From Acidimicrobiaceae bacterium (GTDB taxonomy: Bacteria; Actinomycetota; Acidimicrobiia; Acidimicrobiales; RAAP-2), in the NCBI GenBank assembly GCA_003168075.1, contig PMTL01000209.1, forward strand, positions 7,970 through 71,969: a DNA stretch of 64,000 bases, given 5' to 3'. The translations under genes were made by a program, and so were the position numbers. Under the pieces are notes generated by a model. It saw nothing but the letters and a program-made list of their open reading frames with translations. It was not told the DNA's origin and did not search any database. Positions 29,151-39,305 of this stretch are shown here, piece after piece. Numbering within the stretch: the first letter of the stretch is position 1; every line of letters starts with the position of its first letter.

Positions 29151-30659
29151 TCAGTGCGCCACCGAGGGTGCATCATCGTGCTGTGCCAAGTGGTGTCGGT
29201 CGATATTGACAAGGAAGTAGAAAACCCCGGCGCCAATCACGAACATCAGTGCACCGAAACGGAACGCCTCGTCGTAGCCGTGGACCTGACTGGCGGCGAT
29301 GAGGGCTTGATTCACTGACTTTCCCTTGGCGAGAGCCGCCGCGGTGAAGGCGCCCGCCGAGGAGACCACGATGGTGTTCTGGATTGCCGTACCGAATGAT
29401 CCGCCGAGTTGCTGAGACGACGACAACACCGCCGAGGCTGCTCCGGTGTCGCGACCTTCAACATTGAAGAGGGCCGTAGAGGCGAGTGAGACGAATGCCA
29501 GTCCGAGTCCCAGCGAGGTGATGATCATCGACGGCATGACGTGCGAAGTGTACGAGCTCGTCATGGTCAACTGCGACAGCAGGAACATACCCACCGCGGA
29601 CATCAAACAGCCGACGGTTGCCACAGGACGTGGTCCAATCTTGGGCAGCAATTGACTGGTTGCGCCGGCCGCGAGAATGACGCCAAGTGAGAAGGGCATG
29701 AAGAGCAGGCCCGACTTCACCGCCGAGAACTGGTGGATGTCCTGGAGGTAGAACGTGATCCACAAGAACATCCCGTAGAGCGCCAGGGCCACCAACAATT
29801 GAGTGAGGTACGCGCCCGCGCGCACTCGATCCGCCAAGAGTCGAAGCGGCAACAACGGCTGTTTCACCATCGCCTCGATCACGAAGAACACCGCCAGGAG
29901 TCCCGCGCCGGACACGATGAAGGGCCACGCGTCAATTGAGCCCCACGAGTGAGTCGACGCTTGGCTCACGCCGTAGACGACGGCGACCATGCCCACGGTG
30001 GCGGTGAGCGCGCCGGGCACGTCGTAGTGGGGATGACCCTCGACCTTGGACTCCTTCACGTTGGGGATCGCGAGGAAGAGCGCAATGAGCGCCATGGGCG
30101 TGTTGACGAACAGGCACCAGCGCCACGAGAGGTACTGAGTGAGGAGACCGCCAGCAATGAGTCCAATAGCGGCGCCGACGCCCGAAAGAGCGCCGTACAC
30201 GCCAAAGGCCTTGGCGCGTTCCTTGGAGTCGGTGAACGTCACCGAGATGAGTGACAATGCGGCGGGGGCGAGCAGCGCTCCAAAGACACCTTGAAGGGCG
30301 CGCGCACCGAAGAGCCACTGCTGGCTTTGGGCGAGACCACCAAGGAGCGACGCAGCGGCGAAGCCCACTAATCCGATCATGAACGCCTTCTTTCGACCCA
30401 CGTAGTCGCCGATACGCCCTCCGAGCAGCAAGAAACCACCGAAGGTCAAGGTGTACGCGGTGACGGCCCACTGGTAGTTGTGGGTCGAGATTCCTAGACC
30501 GCCCAGGGACTTTCGCAGCGCGGCGTGCGGCAGGGCAATGTTAACGATGGACGAGTCAAGGATCACCATCAACTGGGCGATGGCGATCACGAAGAGTGCG
30601 AACCACCGGCGCGGGTCGGGTGCTTCCGCGTGGACGACGTTGTTAGCAGGACCTGTCAC
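29151..30659 (-). CDS. DHA2-family (14-TM) MFS efflux transporter
   Basis: ILDSSIVNIALP, GGRIGDYVGRK, WRWCLFVNTP; AAGGAAG RBS before GTG 30659. Confidence 0.92.
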   Translation of the reverse strand: MTGPANNVVHAEAPDPRRWFALFVIAIAQLMVILDSSIVNIALPHAALRKSLGGLGISTHNYQWAVTAYTLTFGGFLLLGGRIGDYVGRKKAFMIGLVGFAAASLLGGLAQSQQWLFGARALQGVFGALLAPAALSLISVTFTDSKERAKAFGVYGALSGVGAAIGLIAGGLLTQYLSWRWCLFVNTPMALIALFLAIPNVKESKVEGHPHYDVPGALTATVGMVAVVYGVSQASTHSWGSIDAWPFIVSGAGLLAVFFVIEAMVKQPLLPLRLLADRVRAGAYLTQLLVALALYGMFLWITFYLQDIHQFSAVKSGLLFMPFSLGVILAAGATSQLLPKIGPRPVATVGCLMSAVGMFLLSQLTMTSSYTSHVMPSMIITSLGLGLAFVSLASTALFNVEGRDTGAASAVLSSSQQLGGSFGTAIQNTIVVSSAGAFTAAALAKGKSVNQALIAASQVHGYDEAFRFGALMFVIGAGVFYFLVNIDRHHLAQHDDAPSVAH

Positions 30660-30783
30660 GAAGGCTTCCTTAAGGTTCTCGTCACCCAGAAGTTTCAAAT
30701 CGCCGACGTTGGCGGAATCGATGGACTCGTGGAATCGTGAAGATGAGGTGGTGGTTACGAACAGCGAAACTGCGAGCACAACT

Positions 30784-30857
30784 CAAAAAGCGGAACTCTA
30801 AGCTCCCGCTGTGACACCGACAATCAATGCAACGCGCAATCGGCAGATAGGCGTCAT
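30784..30857 (-). promoter_or_regulatory. Candidate leader with 19-aa uORF and intrinsic terminator upstream of the MFS gene
   Basis: TAGAAT-N5-ATG; ORF MTPICRLRVALIVGVTAGA (30857-30798); stop codon lies within hairpin AGCGGGA...TTCCGCT followed by a T run. Confidence 0.45.
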
Positions 30858-30884
30858 CGTTGATTCTAGGTAGCGGGCGGGGCC

Positions 30885-30936
30885 GCAGGTGGGGTTGACA
30901 CGACTACATTTTGTCTGTCGTGACAACCCCACCTGC
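30885..30936. repeat. 20-bp inverted repeat (19/20 match, 12-nt loop)
   Basis: GCAGGTGGGGTTGACACGAC ... GTCGTGACAACCCCACCTGC. Confidence 0.9.
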
Positions 30937-30956
30937 ACAATGTTTACACTGATTCG

Positions 30957-31606
30957 ATGAACGAGCATCCGCCAGACGAAAACGATTTGCGCAGCATCGC
31001 CGGCAGCGACGTCATTGGCACGGGGCGCCTCGAATCCTTCAGCGACGCCGTGATGGCCGTCATCATTACCCTCATGGCCTTCAACCTGCGCCCGCCGGTC
31101 AACGATTCCCTACGCTCGTGGCGCAGCGGCTACCGTCGCTGTTGATTTACATCCTCAGTTTCACCATGATCGGCATCTACTGGAACAATCACCACCACCT
31201 CTTGCGGCGCACCAAGACCATCAGTGGTGGCGTGATGTGGTCCAACCTGGCCCTGTTGTTCTGGCTCTCCCTCGTGCCCGTCGTCACCGAATGGGTTGGC
31301 CAGGGCGCGGATTCGGTTTTTCCGGCCGTCGCTTACGGCATCGTCTCGCTCGCCAGCGCGGTGACGTACTTCGTCCTAGTGCGCGCGATTCTCAGGGCGA
31401 ACCATCACGACACCGCCCTGTCGCGGGCTCTCGGTCATGACACCAAGGGCGCGATCTCGCCCTTCGTCTCGATCCTCGGTATCGCCTTGGCCTTCGTGAG
31501 TCCGTACCTCTCCTACGCCTGCTACGTGTTGTTATCCATGATGTGGATCATCCCCGACCGTCGGCTGGCGCGCCAACACCAACACTCACCGCCCTCGCTG
31601 AGCTGA
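30957..31606 (+). pseudogene. TMEM175-family K+ channel, frameshifted near 31119
   Basis: RLESFSDAVMAVIITLM in frame 1; YILSFTMIGIYWNNHH...IPDRR in another frame. Confidence 0.8.
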
Positions 31607-31618
31607 GACGTCGCGTCG

Positions 31619-32090
31619 TCAACCAGTACAGCCCATCGCATGAGCGTAGACGGCGTAACTCGACCGATAGAGCGACATCGCCGAAGGATTCGAACGCACC
31701 AAACTGAAACGCCATTGACCGTTCTGTTGGTGCCAGTAATCGCAGCGTCACCTCGCTGATCTCGTTGCGCACGTCCCGCCTCCCTGGCGACACCCGACTC
31801 ACGCCCAGCGTTGTGGCGACACCGAGCGTCCTGGGACATTCGCGGCGCCACAGGACGTAGCGCGCTCGCGAGATCGCCAGCTCGGAGGCGGCGTCGAAGT
31901 GGTCCCACACCAGCCCGACGTCATTGGATTTATACCCACGGTTGAACTGGGTGGCGACGGGCGCTAGCTCGGCGGCACTCGCGGGTTCGGCGCTGAGTGG
32001 ATGTCGCGAGGCGAGCTGGAGGACCACCACCAGGACAATCAGGGCCGCGAGGGCTACTCGCCCGCGCATTCGTGGCAGTCGACGGGCCAC
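31619..32090 (-). pseudogene. Secreted/membrane-anchored hypothetical protein, probable frameshift near 31742
   Basis: Hydrophobic N-terminus; the alternative frame continues DYWHQQNGQWRFSLVRSNP...MGCTG* and ends without overlapping the neighbour. Confidence 0.5.
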
Positions 32091-32289
32091 GAGGACACAA
32101 ATTAGAGACCAAAGTGACGACCGCGTCGTGACGAAATTTTTACCAAGATGTCACTCATTGAGGGAATTGTGCACTTAGGGTGAAAAAACGATTGTGTGAT
32201 TTGCCCCCTTCGGCTACACTTGATACCCCCTGTAAATTTTGAGCGATTCGAACGCAAGACGACGCTCCCCCAACTGAGAGGACTACGTC

Positions 32290-33534
32290 GTGAACTCTTT
32301 TGAAGAGCTGGAGTCGAACGTGCGCTATTACTGTCGCCGCTGGCCCGCCGTGTTTTCCTCGGCCCAGGGCAGCGTCATTACCGACGAGGACGGCGTCGAG
32401 TACCTCGACTTCTTCGCCGGCGCCGGCGCCCTATCGTACGGACACAACAACCCGCTGTTCGTCGAGGTGGCGATCGAGCACTTGCGTTCGGGCCGTCTCT
32501 TGCACTCCCTTGACACCTTCACCCCCGAGAAGCGCACCTTCCTCGACACGATTCAGCGCACAATCCTGGCCCCGCGTCAGCTCGACATGGTCGTCCAGAC
32601 GGTCGGTCCGACCGGTGCCACCGCGGTGGAAGCAGCCCTGCAGTTGGCCCAGCGCCTGACCGGGCACCGCGCGGTACTCGGCTTCGAGGGCGGATATCAC
32701 GGCATGAGTTACCGCGCCGCGTCCATTTCGGCGTCGATGGCCGGCCGCGAGACGAGCGCGCACTTGAAGGACTTCGTGGCCTTGCCATTCGTGCAGCACG
32801 TCAGCGACGCCGACATCGAGCTGCTGGACACCACGCTGCGCTCGCCGGTCAACGGCCAACCGATCGGCGTGATCATCATCGAACCCACCCAGGGCGAGGG
32901 TGGCGCGAGGGCGTTTGACCCCGTGTACCTCTCGGCCATTCGTCGCATCACCCGAGAACTGGGAATCTTGGTCATCGCCGACGAGATCCAGGCGGGGGTC
33001 GGTCGCACTGGTCCCTTCTTTTCCTTCGAGGGATCCCAACTCGACCCCGACGTCATCTGCGTCTCGAAGTCCATCAGTGGCCTCGGCCTGCCCATGGCGA
33101 TCAACCTCGTGCGCCGCAACCTCGACACCTGGAACCCCGGTGAGTTCACTGGCACCTTCCGCGGCAACAACCTCGCCTTCGCCACGTCGGCGACGATGCT
33201 CGAGAACTACTGGTCGGACTCGACACTCGAGAAGAACACCGAACAGTTCGGCCACACCGTGCGGACCGCGCTGGAATCAATTGCCGACTCCTTCGGCGCC
33301 GGCGGCTTCAGCGTGCGCGGAAACGGCCTGTTGTGCGGCCTCGCCGTCGGTGACACCGAGCTGGCGTCAGCCATCTCGCGCAACGCCTTCGAACGCCGTC
33401 TCATCGTCGAGACCTGTGGCCCCGGCGACACCATCGTGAAGCTCCTCGCCCCGCTGGTGATCGAGCCCGAGCAGCTCGACGAGGGACTGACTCGACTGGC
33501 CCTGGCCGTCGAAGAGGCCTGCTCGGTACGTTGA
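32290..33534 (+). CDS. Diaminobutyrate--2-oxoglutarate transaminase (Dat/EctB-type, class III PLP)
   Basis: ESNVRYYCR, DFFAGAGALSYGHN, GPTGATAVEAA, DEIQAG, SKS, GTFRGNN. Confidence 0.9.
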   Translation: MNSFEELESNVRYYCRRWPAVFSSAQGSVITDEDGVEYLDFFAGAGALSYGHNNPLFVEVAIEHLRSGRLLHSLDTFTPEKRTFLDTIQRTILAPRQLDMVVQTVGPTGATAVEAALQLAQRLTGHRAVLGFEGGYHGMSYRAASISASMAGRETSAHLKDFVALPFVQHVSDADIELLDTTLRSPVNGQPIGVIIIEPTQGEGGARAFDPVYLSAIRRITRELGILVIADEIQAGVGRTGPFFSFEGSQLDPDVICVSKSISGLGLPMAINLVRRNLDTWNPGEFTGTFRGNNLAFATSATMLENYWSDSTLEKNTEQFGHTVRTALESIADSFGAGGFSVRGNGLLCGLAVGDTELASAISRNAFERRLIVETCGPGDTIVKLLAPLVIEPEQLDEGLTRLALAVEEACSVR

Positions 33535-34973
33535 GCGACGTCTCGGCGTGGCGCGAACTCTTCGTCGCCACTGACGCACGCGGTTTGGCCCACCTCGCGC
33601 ACGCCGCGGGCGTGGCGGTGGGTTCACTCGACCAACCGAGTCACGGACCGCGCTCGAGCCTGACCCCGGCGCAGTTGCGCGCGGGCGTGCGAGCCCTCGA
33701 CATCTGTCCGCCCGATGGCGTCGACCTGAACACCGTGCTCGACGAACTCGGCGCCGCGGTGTGGGCCCACGGGGTTCACCCCCTCGATGTCGCCTGCGTG
33801 GCACATCTGCACCCCCCGAGTGTGGTTCCCGCGGTGGTGAGCGAACTGACCATCGCCAGCTCCAACCAATCGATGGACTCCTGGGACCAGTCACCCGCCG
33901 CCACCGAAGTTGAACTGCACCTCATGGACTTTCTAGGGACGCGAATCGGCTTCCCGGCGAGCGCCTCGGGCGTCATGACCTCGGGGGGGACGGCGTCGAA
34001 CCTACTGGGGCTCACCCTGGCGCGCTCCTGGGCCGCCTCCAAGATCGGTGTCGACGTCTTGACGTCCGGATTGCCCGAACACGCACGCACGTGGCGTTTC
34101 TTGGCGTCGAACCAAGCCCACTTCTCCGTGCAACGCGCCGCAGCCCAACTCGGCCTCGGACGTGACGCGGTTGTCTCGGTGCCGACCGATGACACTGGCG
34201 CCATGGACATCGTTGCTCTCGATGCCACCTTGGAACTCCTCAACGGGCAAGGACTCGTCCCCGTCGCCATCGTCGCCACGGCGGGCACCACGGACTTGGG
34301 CGCCATCGACCCCGCGAGCCTCATTGCCCAACGCGCCCGTGACGTGGGCGCGTGGTTGCACGTCGACGCCGCCGTCGCCGGCGCATTCATCATGTCCGAG
34401 CGGCTGCGTGAGCGTCTCGTCGGGCTCGAGCTCGCCGATTCGGTCACCATCGACTTTCACAAATTGTGGTGGCAGCCCTTTAACGCCAGCGCCCTCGTGG
34501 TGCGCGACGTCGAAAGATTCGACCTCTTGCGCGTTCGCTCGCACTACTTGGACCGCGGCGACGAACTCGAGGGCATGGTGAACCTGGTGGGACGTTCACT
34601 CGACACCTCGCGCCGCTTCGACGCCGCCAAGGTCGTCGCGTCGCTGCGCACGATGGGCCAGCGCACTTTCGCCGCCATGCTCGAGCACCTGGTGGACCTC
34701 GCCGTCTACGCCGCGTCCGCAATCGATGCCAGCGACGACTTCGAACTCGTGGCCCCAGTCTCGACGGTGAGTTGCGTCTTCGACGCTCCGGGGCGCGACG
34801 CCGACGACCTGCGACGGGTGCAGCAAGAGCTCCTCGCCGACGGAGTCATGGTCCTTGGTCGCACCACCATCAACAAACGCGCGGCACTCAAATTCACCTT
34901 CATGAACCCACTCGCCACGAGCGACGACGTCGACGAACTGTTGTCGGTCGTCGCGGGCCGACTTCGGGGCTAG
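33531..34973 (+). CDS. Group II PLP decarboxylase (L-2,4-diaminobutyrate decarboxylase-like)
   Basis: AHLHPP, NQSMDSWDQSP, TSGGTASN, HVDAA, DFHK, SRRFDA; overlaps the transaminase stop. Confidence 0.88.
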   Translation: MSDVSAWRELFVATDARGLAHLAHAAGVAVGSLDQPSHGPRSSLTPAQLRAGVRALDICPPDGVDLNTVLDELGAAVWAHGVHPLDVACVAHLHPPSVVPAVVSELTIASSNQSMDSWDQSPAATEVELHLMDFLGTRIGFPASASGVMTSGGTASNLLGLTLARSWAASKIGVDVLTSGLPEHARTWRFLASNQAHFSVQRAAAQLGLGRDAVVSVPTDDTGAMDIVALDATLELLNGQGLVPVAIVATAGTTDLGAIDPASLIAQRARDVGAWLHVDAAVAGAFIMSERLRERLVGLELADSVTIDFHKLWWQPFNASALVVRDVERFDLLRVRSHYLDRGDELEGMVNLVGRSLDTSRRFDAAKVVASLRTMGQRTFAAMLEHLVDLAVYAASAIDASDDFELVAPVSTVSCVFDAPGRDADDLRRVQQELLADGVMVLGRTTINKRAALKFTFMNPLATSDDVDELLSVVAGRLRG

Positions 34974-35007
34974 TGCGAGACCCTTCGCGAGTACCATCGA
35001 CAGTGCC

Positions 35008-35727
35008 ATGGCTCCTCCCCCTCTCGCCATTGAGGTTTCGCAGTTGCGAGTCGTGCGCCAGCACAGCGTGATCCTCAAGTCCCTCAGTTTCACCGTCGCA
35101 GCGGGGGAGCTGGTGGGACTGCTCGGACCGAGCGGAAGCGGCAAGAGCACGCTCATGCGATCACTGTTGGGCGTGCAAACCATCACGAGCGGCAGCGCAC
35201 TCGCGCTCGGCGACAAGGTCGGTACGCCGGCTCTGCGGCGCAGGATTGGCTACATGGCCCAGAGCTCCGCTATTTATCTCGACCTCACCGTGCGAGAGAA
35301 CCTCGCCTACTTCGCGGGCGTGCTCGGTGTCGACATCTCCCAGGTAGAGCACACGATGCACATCGTGAACTTGCACTCCTTCGCCGGGCGACTGGTCTCA
35401 TCGCTCTCGGGCGGTGAACGCTCGCGCGTCTCACTCGCCGTCGCCCTGCTCGGCGCGCCACCATTACTCATTTTGGACGAGCCCACCGTCGGCCTCGATC
35501 CCGTCCTGCGGCGCGACCTCTGGCAGACGTTCGCCCAACTCGCTGGCGACGGCACCACGGTGCTGGTCTCGAGTCACGTGATGGACGAGGCCGCGCGCTG
35601 CGGTCGGTTGCTCCTGCTACGCGAGGGAAATCTGCTCTTCGACGACACGCCCGCGCAACTGCTCGCGCGAACGCGAATGGACAGTTACGACGAGGCCTTC
35701 GTGCGTCTGATCGAAGAGGCGTCGTGA
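35008..35727 (+). CDS. ABC-2 exporter ATP-binding protein
   Basis: [30 protein letters not shown]. Confidence 0.92.
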   Translation: MAPPPLAIEVSQLRVVRQHSVILKSLSFTVAAGELVGLLGPSGSGKSTLMRSLLGVQTITSGSALALGDKVGTPALRRRIGYMAQSSAIYLDLTVRENLAYFAGVLGVDISQVEHTMHIVNLHSFAGRLVSSLSGGERSRVSLAVALLGAPPLLILDEPTVGLDPVLRRDLWQTFAQLAGDGTTVLVSSHVMDEAARCGRLLLLREGNLLFDDTPAQLLARTRMDSYDEAFVRLIEEAS

Positions 35728-36449
35728 GTCTGCGCCGGACGTGGTTGACGATGCGGCGCATCCTGCAGCAACTGGGCCACGACCCGCGCACCATTGCCCT
35801 GCTGCTCGTCGTGCCCTCGGCGCTGATGGGTCTGCTCGCCTGGAGTCTCGTAAATCGTCCGGGGAGCTTCGGCGTGCTCGGTCCGCGTCTGTTGGGCGTG
35901 TTCCCCCTCATCATCATGTTCCTCGTCACGTCCGTGACGACACTGCGCGAGCGCACGAATGGCACCTTGGAACGACTCCTCACGATGCCCCTCGTCAAGG
36001 CCGAGTTGATTCTCGGCTACGCCGCAGCCTTCGGTCTGGTCGCTATCGTCCAGAGCGCTCTGGTCTCGACGCTGTCCTATACCTGGTACGGACTAGTGCA
36101 CCAGGGAATTCCCTGGCGCATCAGCGCAGTAGCACTCTGCGCTGGGCTGCTCGGCACCGCCTTTGGGCTGGCCCTCAGTGCGCTGGCGAAGACCGAATTC
36201 CAAGCCGTGCAGTTCATGCCGGCCTTCATCTTGCCCCAACTACTGCTCTGCGGACTCATGGTGCCAGTGGCGCTGTTGCCGACGGCCCTACGCTACGTGG
36301 CCAACGTCTTGCCGATGACTGCCGCTCTGCACGCCATCAATCCGCTGCAGAGCACGTCGTATTACCTCGAGCAGTTCTGCGTCATGGTGGCCTACATCAT
36401 GGCGGCGCTCTTCATCGGATCGACGACACTTCGTCGGCGCACCAAGTAG
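35724..36449 (+). CDS. ABC-2 exporter permease
   Basis: [26 protein letters not shown]. Confidence 0.9.
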   Translation: MSLRRTWLTMRRILQQLGHDPRTIALLLVVPSALMGLLAWSLVNRPGSFGVLGPRLLGVFPLIIMFLVTSVTTLRERTNGTLERLLTMPLVKAELILGYAAAFGLVAIVQSALVSTLSYTWYGLVHQGIPWRISAVALCAGLLGTAFGLALSALAKTEFQAVQFMPAFILPQLLLCGLMVPVALLPTALRYVANVLPMTAALHAINPLQSTSYYLEQFCVMVAYIMAALFIGSTTLRRRTK

Positions 36450-36487
36450 CTACTGAATCCGCGCACGTCGACGGGTACACTTCGCCG

Positions 36488-37387
36488 GTGCGTGAACCCA
36501 AGGTCATCCTCTTCTACCGCTTCACTCCCCTGGGGGACCCCGAGGCGATCCGCCTCTGGCAACAGACCCTGGGTGAGTCGTTTGGACTGGTGGGCCGGAT
36601 CCTCATCTCGCGTGACGGCATCAACGCAACACTCGGGGGCCCAATGACGGCCCTGAAGAAGTACGTCGCGGCCACCAAGACGTACCCGGGCTTTCACGAT
36701 CTCGACGTCAAGTGGTCGCAGGGCACGGGAGCGGACTTCCCGCGCCTGCGCGTGCGGGTGCGCGAAGAAATCGTGTCCTTTGGCGCTCCGGACGAGCTCA
36801 AAGTCGACGAGCAGGGCGTCGTGGGGGGCGCACAGCACCTTAGCCCCCGCGAGGTCCACGATCTCGTCGAGCGCCGCGACGACGTCGTCTTCTTCGACGC
36901 TCGTAACGCGTTCGAGGCCGCCATTGGTCGCTTCCAGAACGCCATTGTCCCTGACGCCGAGACCACCCGCGACTTCGTTCGCATCTTCGACAGCGGCGTC
37001 TACGACCACTTGAAGCAACACCCCATCGTGACCTACTGCACCGGCGGGGTGCGCTGTGAGGTCCTGAGCGCCCTCATGTCGTCGCGGGGTTTCACTGAGG
37101 TGTACCAGATTGACGGTGGGGTCGTGCGCTACGCCCAGGAGTTCGCCAACCGCGGTCTCTGGGAGGGATCGCTCTTCGTCTTCGACGAACGCTTGACCCA
37201 GGAGTTCGGCGTGGACGCGAAAGTCCTGGGCCGTTGCGAACGCTGCGAGACGCCCACCAGTCACTATTTCAACTGCGCCAATCTGTCGTGCCGCGCGCTC
37301 ATCTTGCTTTGCGACGACTGCGCGCTGAAGCACACGAGTCTCGACTGCGGACCTCGCCACGCCAGCGCGCCGCGGGTCACGAAATAG
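36488..37387 (+). CDS. trhO: Rhodanese-domain tRNA uridine(34) hydroxylase (YceA/UPF0176)
   Basis: [41 protein letters not shown]-terminal Cys cluster; start at GTG 36488. Confidence 0.88.
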   Translation: MREPKVILFYRFTPLGDPEAIRLWQQTLGESFGLVGRILISRDGINATLGGPMTALKKYVAATKTYPGFHDLDVKWSQGTGADFPRLRVRVREEIVSFGAPDELKVDEQGVVGGAQHLSPREVHDLVERRDDVVFFDARNAFEAAIGRFQNAIVPDAETTRDFVRIFDSGVYDHLKQHPIVTYCTGGVRCEVLSALMSSRGFTEVYQIDGGVVRYAQEFANRGLWEGSLFVFDERLTQEFGVDAKVLGRCERCETPTSHYFNCANLSCRALILLCDDCALKHTSLDCGPRHASAPRVTK

Positions 37388-37434
37388 TCGTTCGTGTCGA
37401 AATGATTCGACAGTTTCTGTGGTACTACTTGAGC

Positions 37435-37863
37435 ATGAACAAATTTATGCGTACCTCCGCCACCGCCCTCGCGGGCGCCTGCCTTCTTACCTTTGGCATA
37501 CCGCTCACCACGAGTGCCTACGGCGTGACGACCGCGACGTCCCCGACGTATTTGTACAACTGCTCAACGCCCACCCAGCGCCCCCGCGAGATCGTCATCA
37601 CCTGCGCCGATGCGGGCCGCTACGTCACCAATATCACCTGGTCAAAATGGTCGGGTACCACCGCCCACGCCAAGGGGATCCTGCACTGGAACACCTGCAC
37701 CCCCACCTGCTCAGCGGGCAAGATGAAGTCCTCCTCCGTCACTTTCACGGCGACTGACCGCCGCGAGGTGAAGGGCACCTGGCTCTACACCGAGCTCAGG
37801 AGTTCCAAGGGTACCTGGGGCACCGGCTCGGCCCTGTGGGCGCTACCGACGTCCGCTCTCTAG
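37435..37863 (+). CDS. Secreted Thr-rich protein with four Cys
   Basis: Signal peptide; CADAG...NITWSKW...NTCTPTCSAG. Confidence 0.7.
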   Translation: MNKFMRTSATALAGACLLTFGIPLTTSAYGVTTATSPTYLYNCSTPTQRPREIVITCADAGRYVTNITWSKWSGTTAHAKGILHWNTCTPTCSAGKMKSSSVTFTATDRREVKGTWLYTELRSSKGTWGTGSALWALPTSAL

Positions 37864-37867
37864 AGAA

Positions 37868-38521
37868 CTACTTCTTCTCGTCGGCGTCACGAGGCGGAGC
37901 TGTCGCGTGACGTCCAATGCCGGAGGCCAACATCACCGAGTTGGGGACCTTCAAAGTTCCAGTCTCGGTACGAACCGTCACGTAGGTGAGTCCAATGCCG
38001 CGCACTTGCCCTTCGACCACGCCCAGGGCGCCCGAACGAATCACGATATCCTCGCCGACGCGAAACGGTCGCGCAAAGAGCAGTACCAGTGACGCGAAGA
38101 TGTTGGCCAGGCTCTGCTGGGCGGCAATACCCAAGATGATGCCCGCCAGTCCCGCACCGATAAGCAGATGCTGCACCGAAAGTCCAAAGACGGCGAAGAT
38201 CGCGAAAAGCAATACGACATATCCCAAGCCGGTCGATACCAACCGCACGATTGCCCCGGCGGCGATGCCCGACTGGGCAGTGACGAGCTTGCCCAGCGAC
38301 AGCGCCCACCAGCGGATAGTGAAAGAACCCGCGACCGCGAGGGCAACCACGAGCAGATAGATCACGATCTCCAGCAACGACTGGTGCGACGACTTGTGGA
38401 ACGTGTCATGGATGTGGATAGCTTCTTCCATCACGGCGACCGCGACGGCGAGGCTGCCGGTCGACCGTAACCAATCTCCCCAGTGCGCCGGGTGCATTAG
38501 GTCATGGGCACGCCGTGTCAT
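37868..38521 (-). CDS. Small-conductance mechanosensitive channel family protein
   Basis: GIILGIAAQQSLANIFA, RPFRVGE, VPNS. Confidence 0.88.
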   Translation of the reverse strand: MTRRAHDLMHPAHWGDWLRSTGSLAVAVAVMEEAIHIHDTFHKSSHQSLLEIVIYLLVVALAVAGSFTIRWWALSLGKLVTAQSGIAAGAIVRLVSTGLGYVVLLFAIFAVFGLSVQHLLIGAGLAGIILGIAAQQSLANIFASLVLLFARPFRVGEDIVIRSGALGVVEGQVRGIGLTYVTVRTETGTLKVPNSVMLASGIGRHATAPPRDADEKK

Positions 38522-38595
38522 CACTTCTACTGTACTGAGGGTCCCGCGATACACCGTGGGGCTACCATGTCGCGAGAACCCATCGGGAGGTTTTC

Positions 38596-38979
38596 ATGGG
38601 CAACGTGCCTCGATTACAGCTCTTCGCGCTCGACTGCCCCGATCCCCTGGAACTTGCCGCTTTCTATTCGCGCGTGACGGGATTCGAGGTGGAATCCTTG
38701 GGCGACGTCAAGCCCGAGGACGTCACGTGGATCGAACTCGTCGTCACGGGTTGTTCGACCCTGGCGTTTCAAAAGGTGAAGAACTACGTCACTCCCACGT
38801 GGCCGGAGGGACCCGTCCCCCAGCAAGCCCACCTCGACTTCACCGTGGACGACCTCGACGAGGGCGAAACTTACGTGCTCGGCGCCGGCGCCACCAAAGC
38901 CGCGTTTCAACCGGGCGAGACGTTTCGGGTCTACCTCGACCCGGTCGGTCACCCCTTTTGTTTGGTGCTCGCGTCGTAG
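38596..38979 (+). CDS. VOC/glyoxalase-like protein
   Basis: LDCPDP..LAAFY, PTWP, QAHLDF, DPVGHPFC. Confidence 0.9.
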   Translation: MGNVPRLQLFALDCPDPLELAAFYSRVTGFEVESLGDVKPEDVTWIELVVTGCSTLAFQKVKNYVTPTWPEGPVPQQAHLDFTVDDLDEGETYVLGAGATKAAFQPGETFRVYLDPVGHPFCLVLAS

Positions 38980-39057
38980 CTCTAGCCACGAGCGGGGGTG
39001 GTGCCAGCGGTTAGACTAATCCTTCGCGTCCCAAAGTCTCGGCTTTGGGAACACCGA

Positions 39058-39132
39058 GGACCTGTGGTGCAGCTCGGAGTGCACGCCGCCCTGTCAAGGC
39101 GGAGGTCGCGGGTTCAAATCCCGTCAGGTCCG
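39058..39132 (+). tRNA. tRNA-Asp(GTC)
   Basis: Acceptor GGACCTG/CAGGTCC, anticodon loop CTGTCAA, T-loop TTCAAAT; no encoded CCA. Confidence 0.96.
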
Positions 39133-39158
39133 CTCGGAACCCGCAAGGGTGACGAGGA

Positions 39159-39231
39159 GGTCGAGTAGCTCAGTCGGTAGAGCGCGCGCCTGAAAAGCGT
39201 GAGGTCACCGGATCGACGCCGGTCTCGACCA
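39159..39231 (+). tRNA. tRNA-Phe(GAA)
   Basis: Acceptor GGTCGAG/CTCGACC, anticodon loop CTGAAAA, T-arm ACCGG-ATCGACG-CCGGT; no encoded CCA. Confidence 0.95.
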
Positions 39232-39238
39232 CTTGGTG

Positions 39239-39285
39239 AACGACCCCGAGTCACCTTTTTGGTGGCGCGGGGTCGTTTCCTTTTT
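39239..39285 (+). terminator. Intrinsic terminator after the tRNA pair
   Basis: AACGACCCCGAGTCACC / GGTGGCGCGGGGTCGTT hairpin followed by a T-rich tract. Confidence 0.8.
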
Positions 39286-39305
39286 CACCTCGCGCGACGG
39301 ACGCC

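Noticed and set aside
32290-33534. Ectoine biosynthesis (ectB)
   Set aside because: No ectA or ectC adjacent; coupled to a decarboxylase instead
35741-36487. Apparent N-terminal extension making TrhO 548 aa
   Set aside because: Overlaps the ABC-2 permease in another frame; a leaderless GTG at 36488 gives a normal-length protein
39159-39231. tRNA-Phe T-loop ATCGACG instead of TTCG
   Set aside because: The cloverleaf is intact and I recall this variant from other actinobacterial tRNA-Phe genes; not a pseudogene
39029-39300. tRNA pair as a possible integration site; small hairpins flanking the tRNAs
   Set aside because: No integrase or duplicated tRNA 3' end seen; the hairpins fit normal precursor structure
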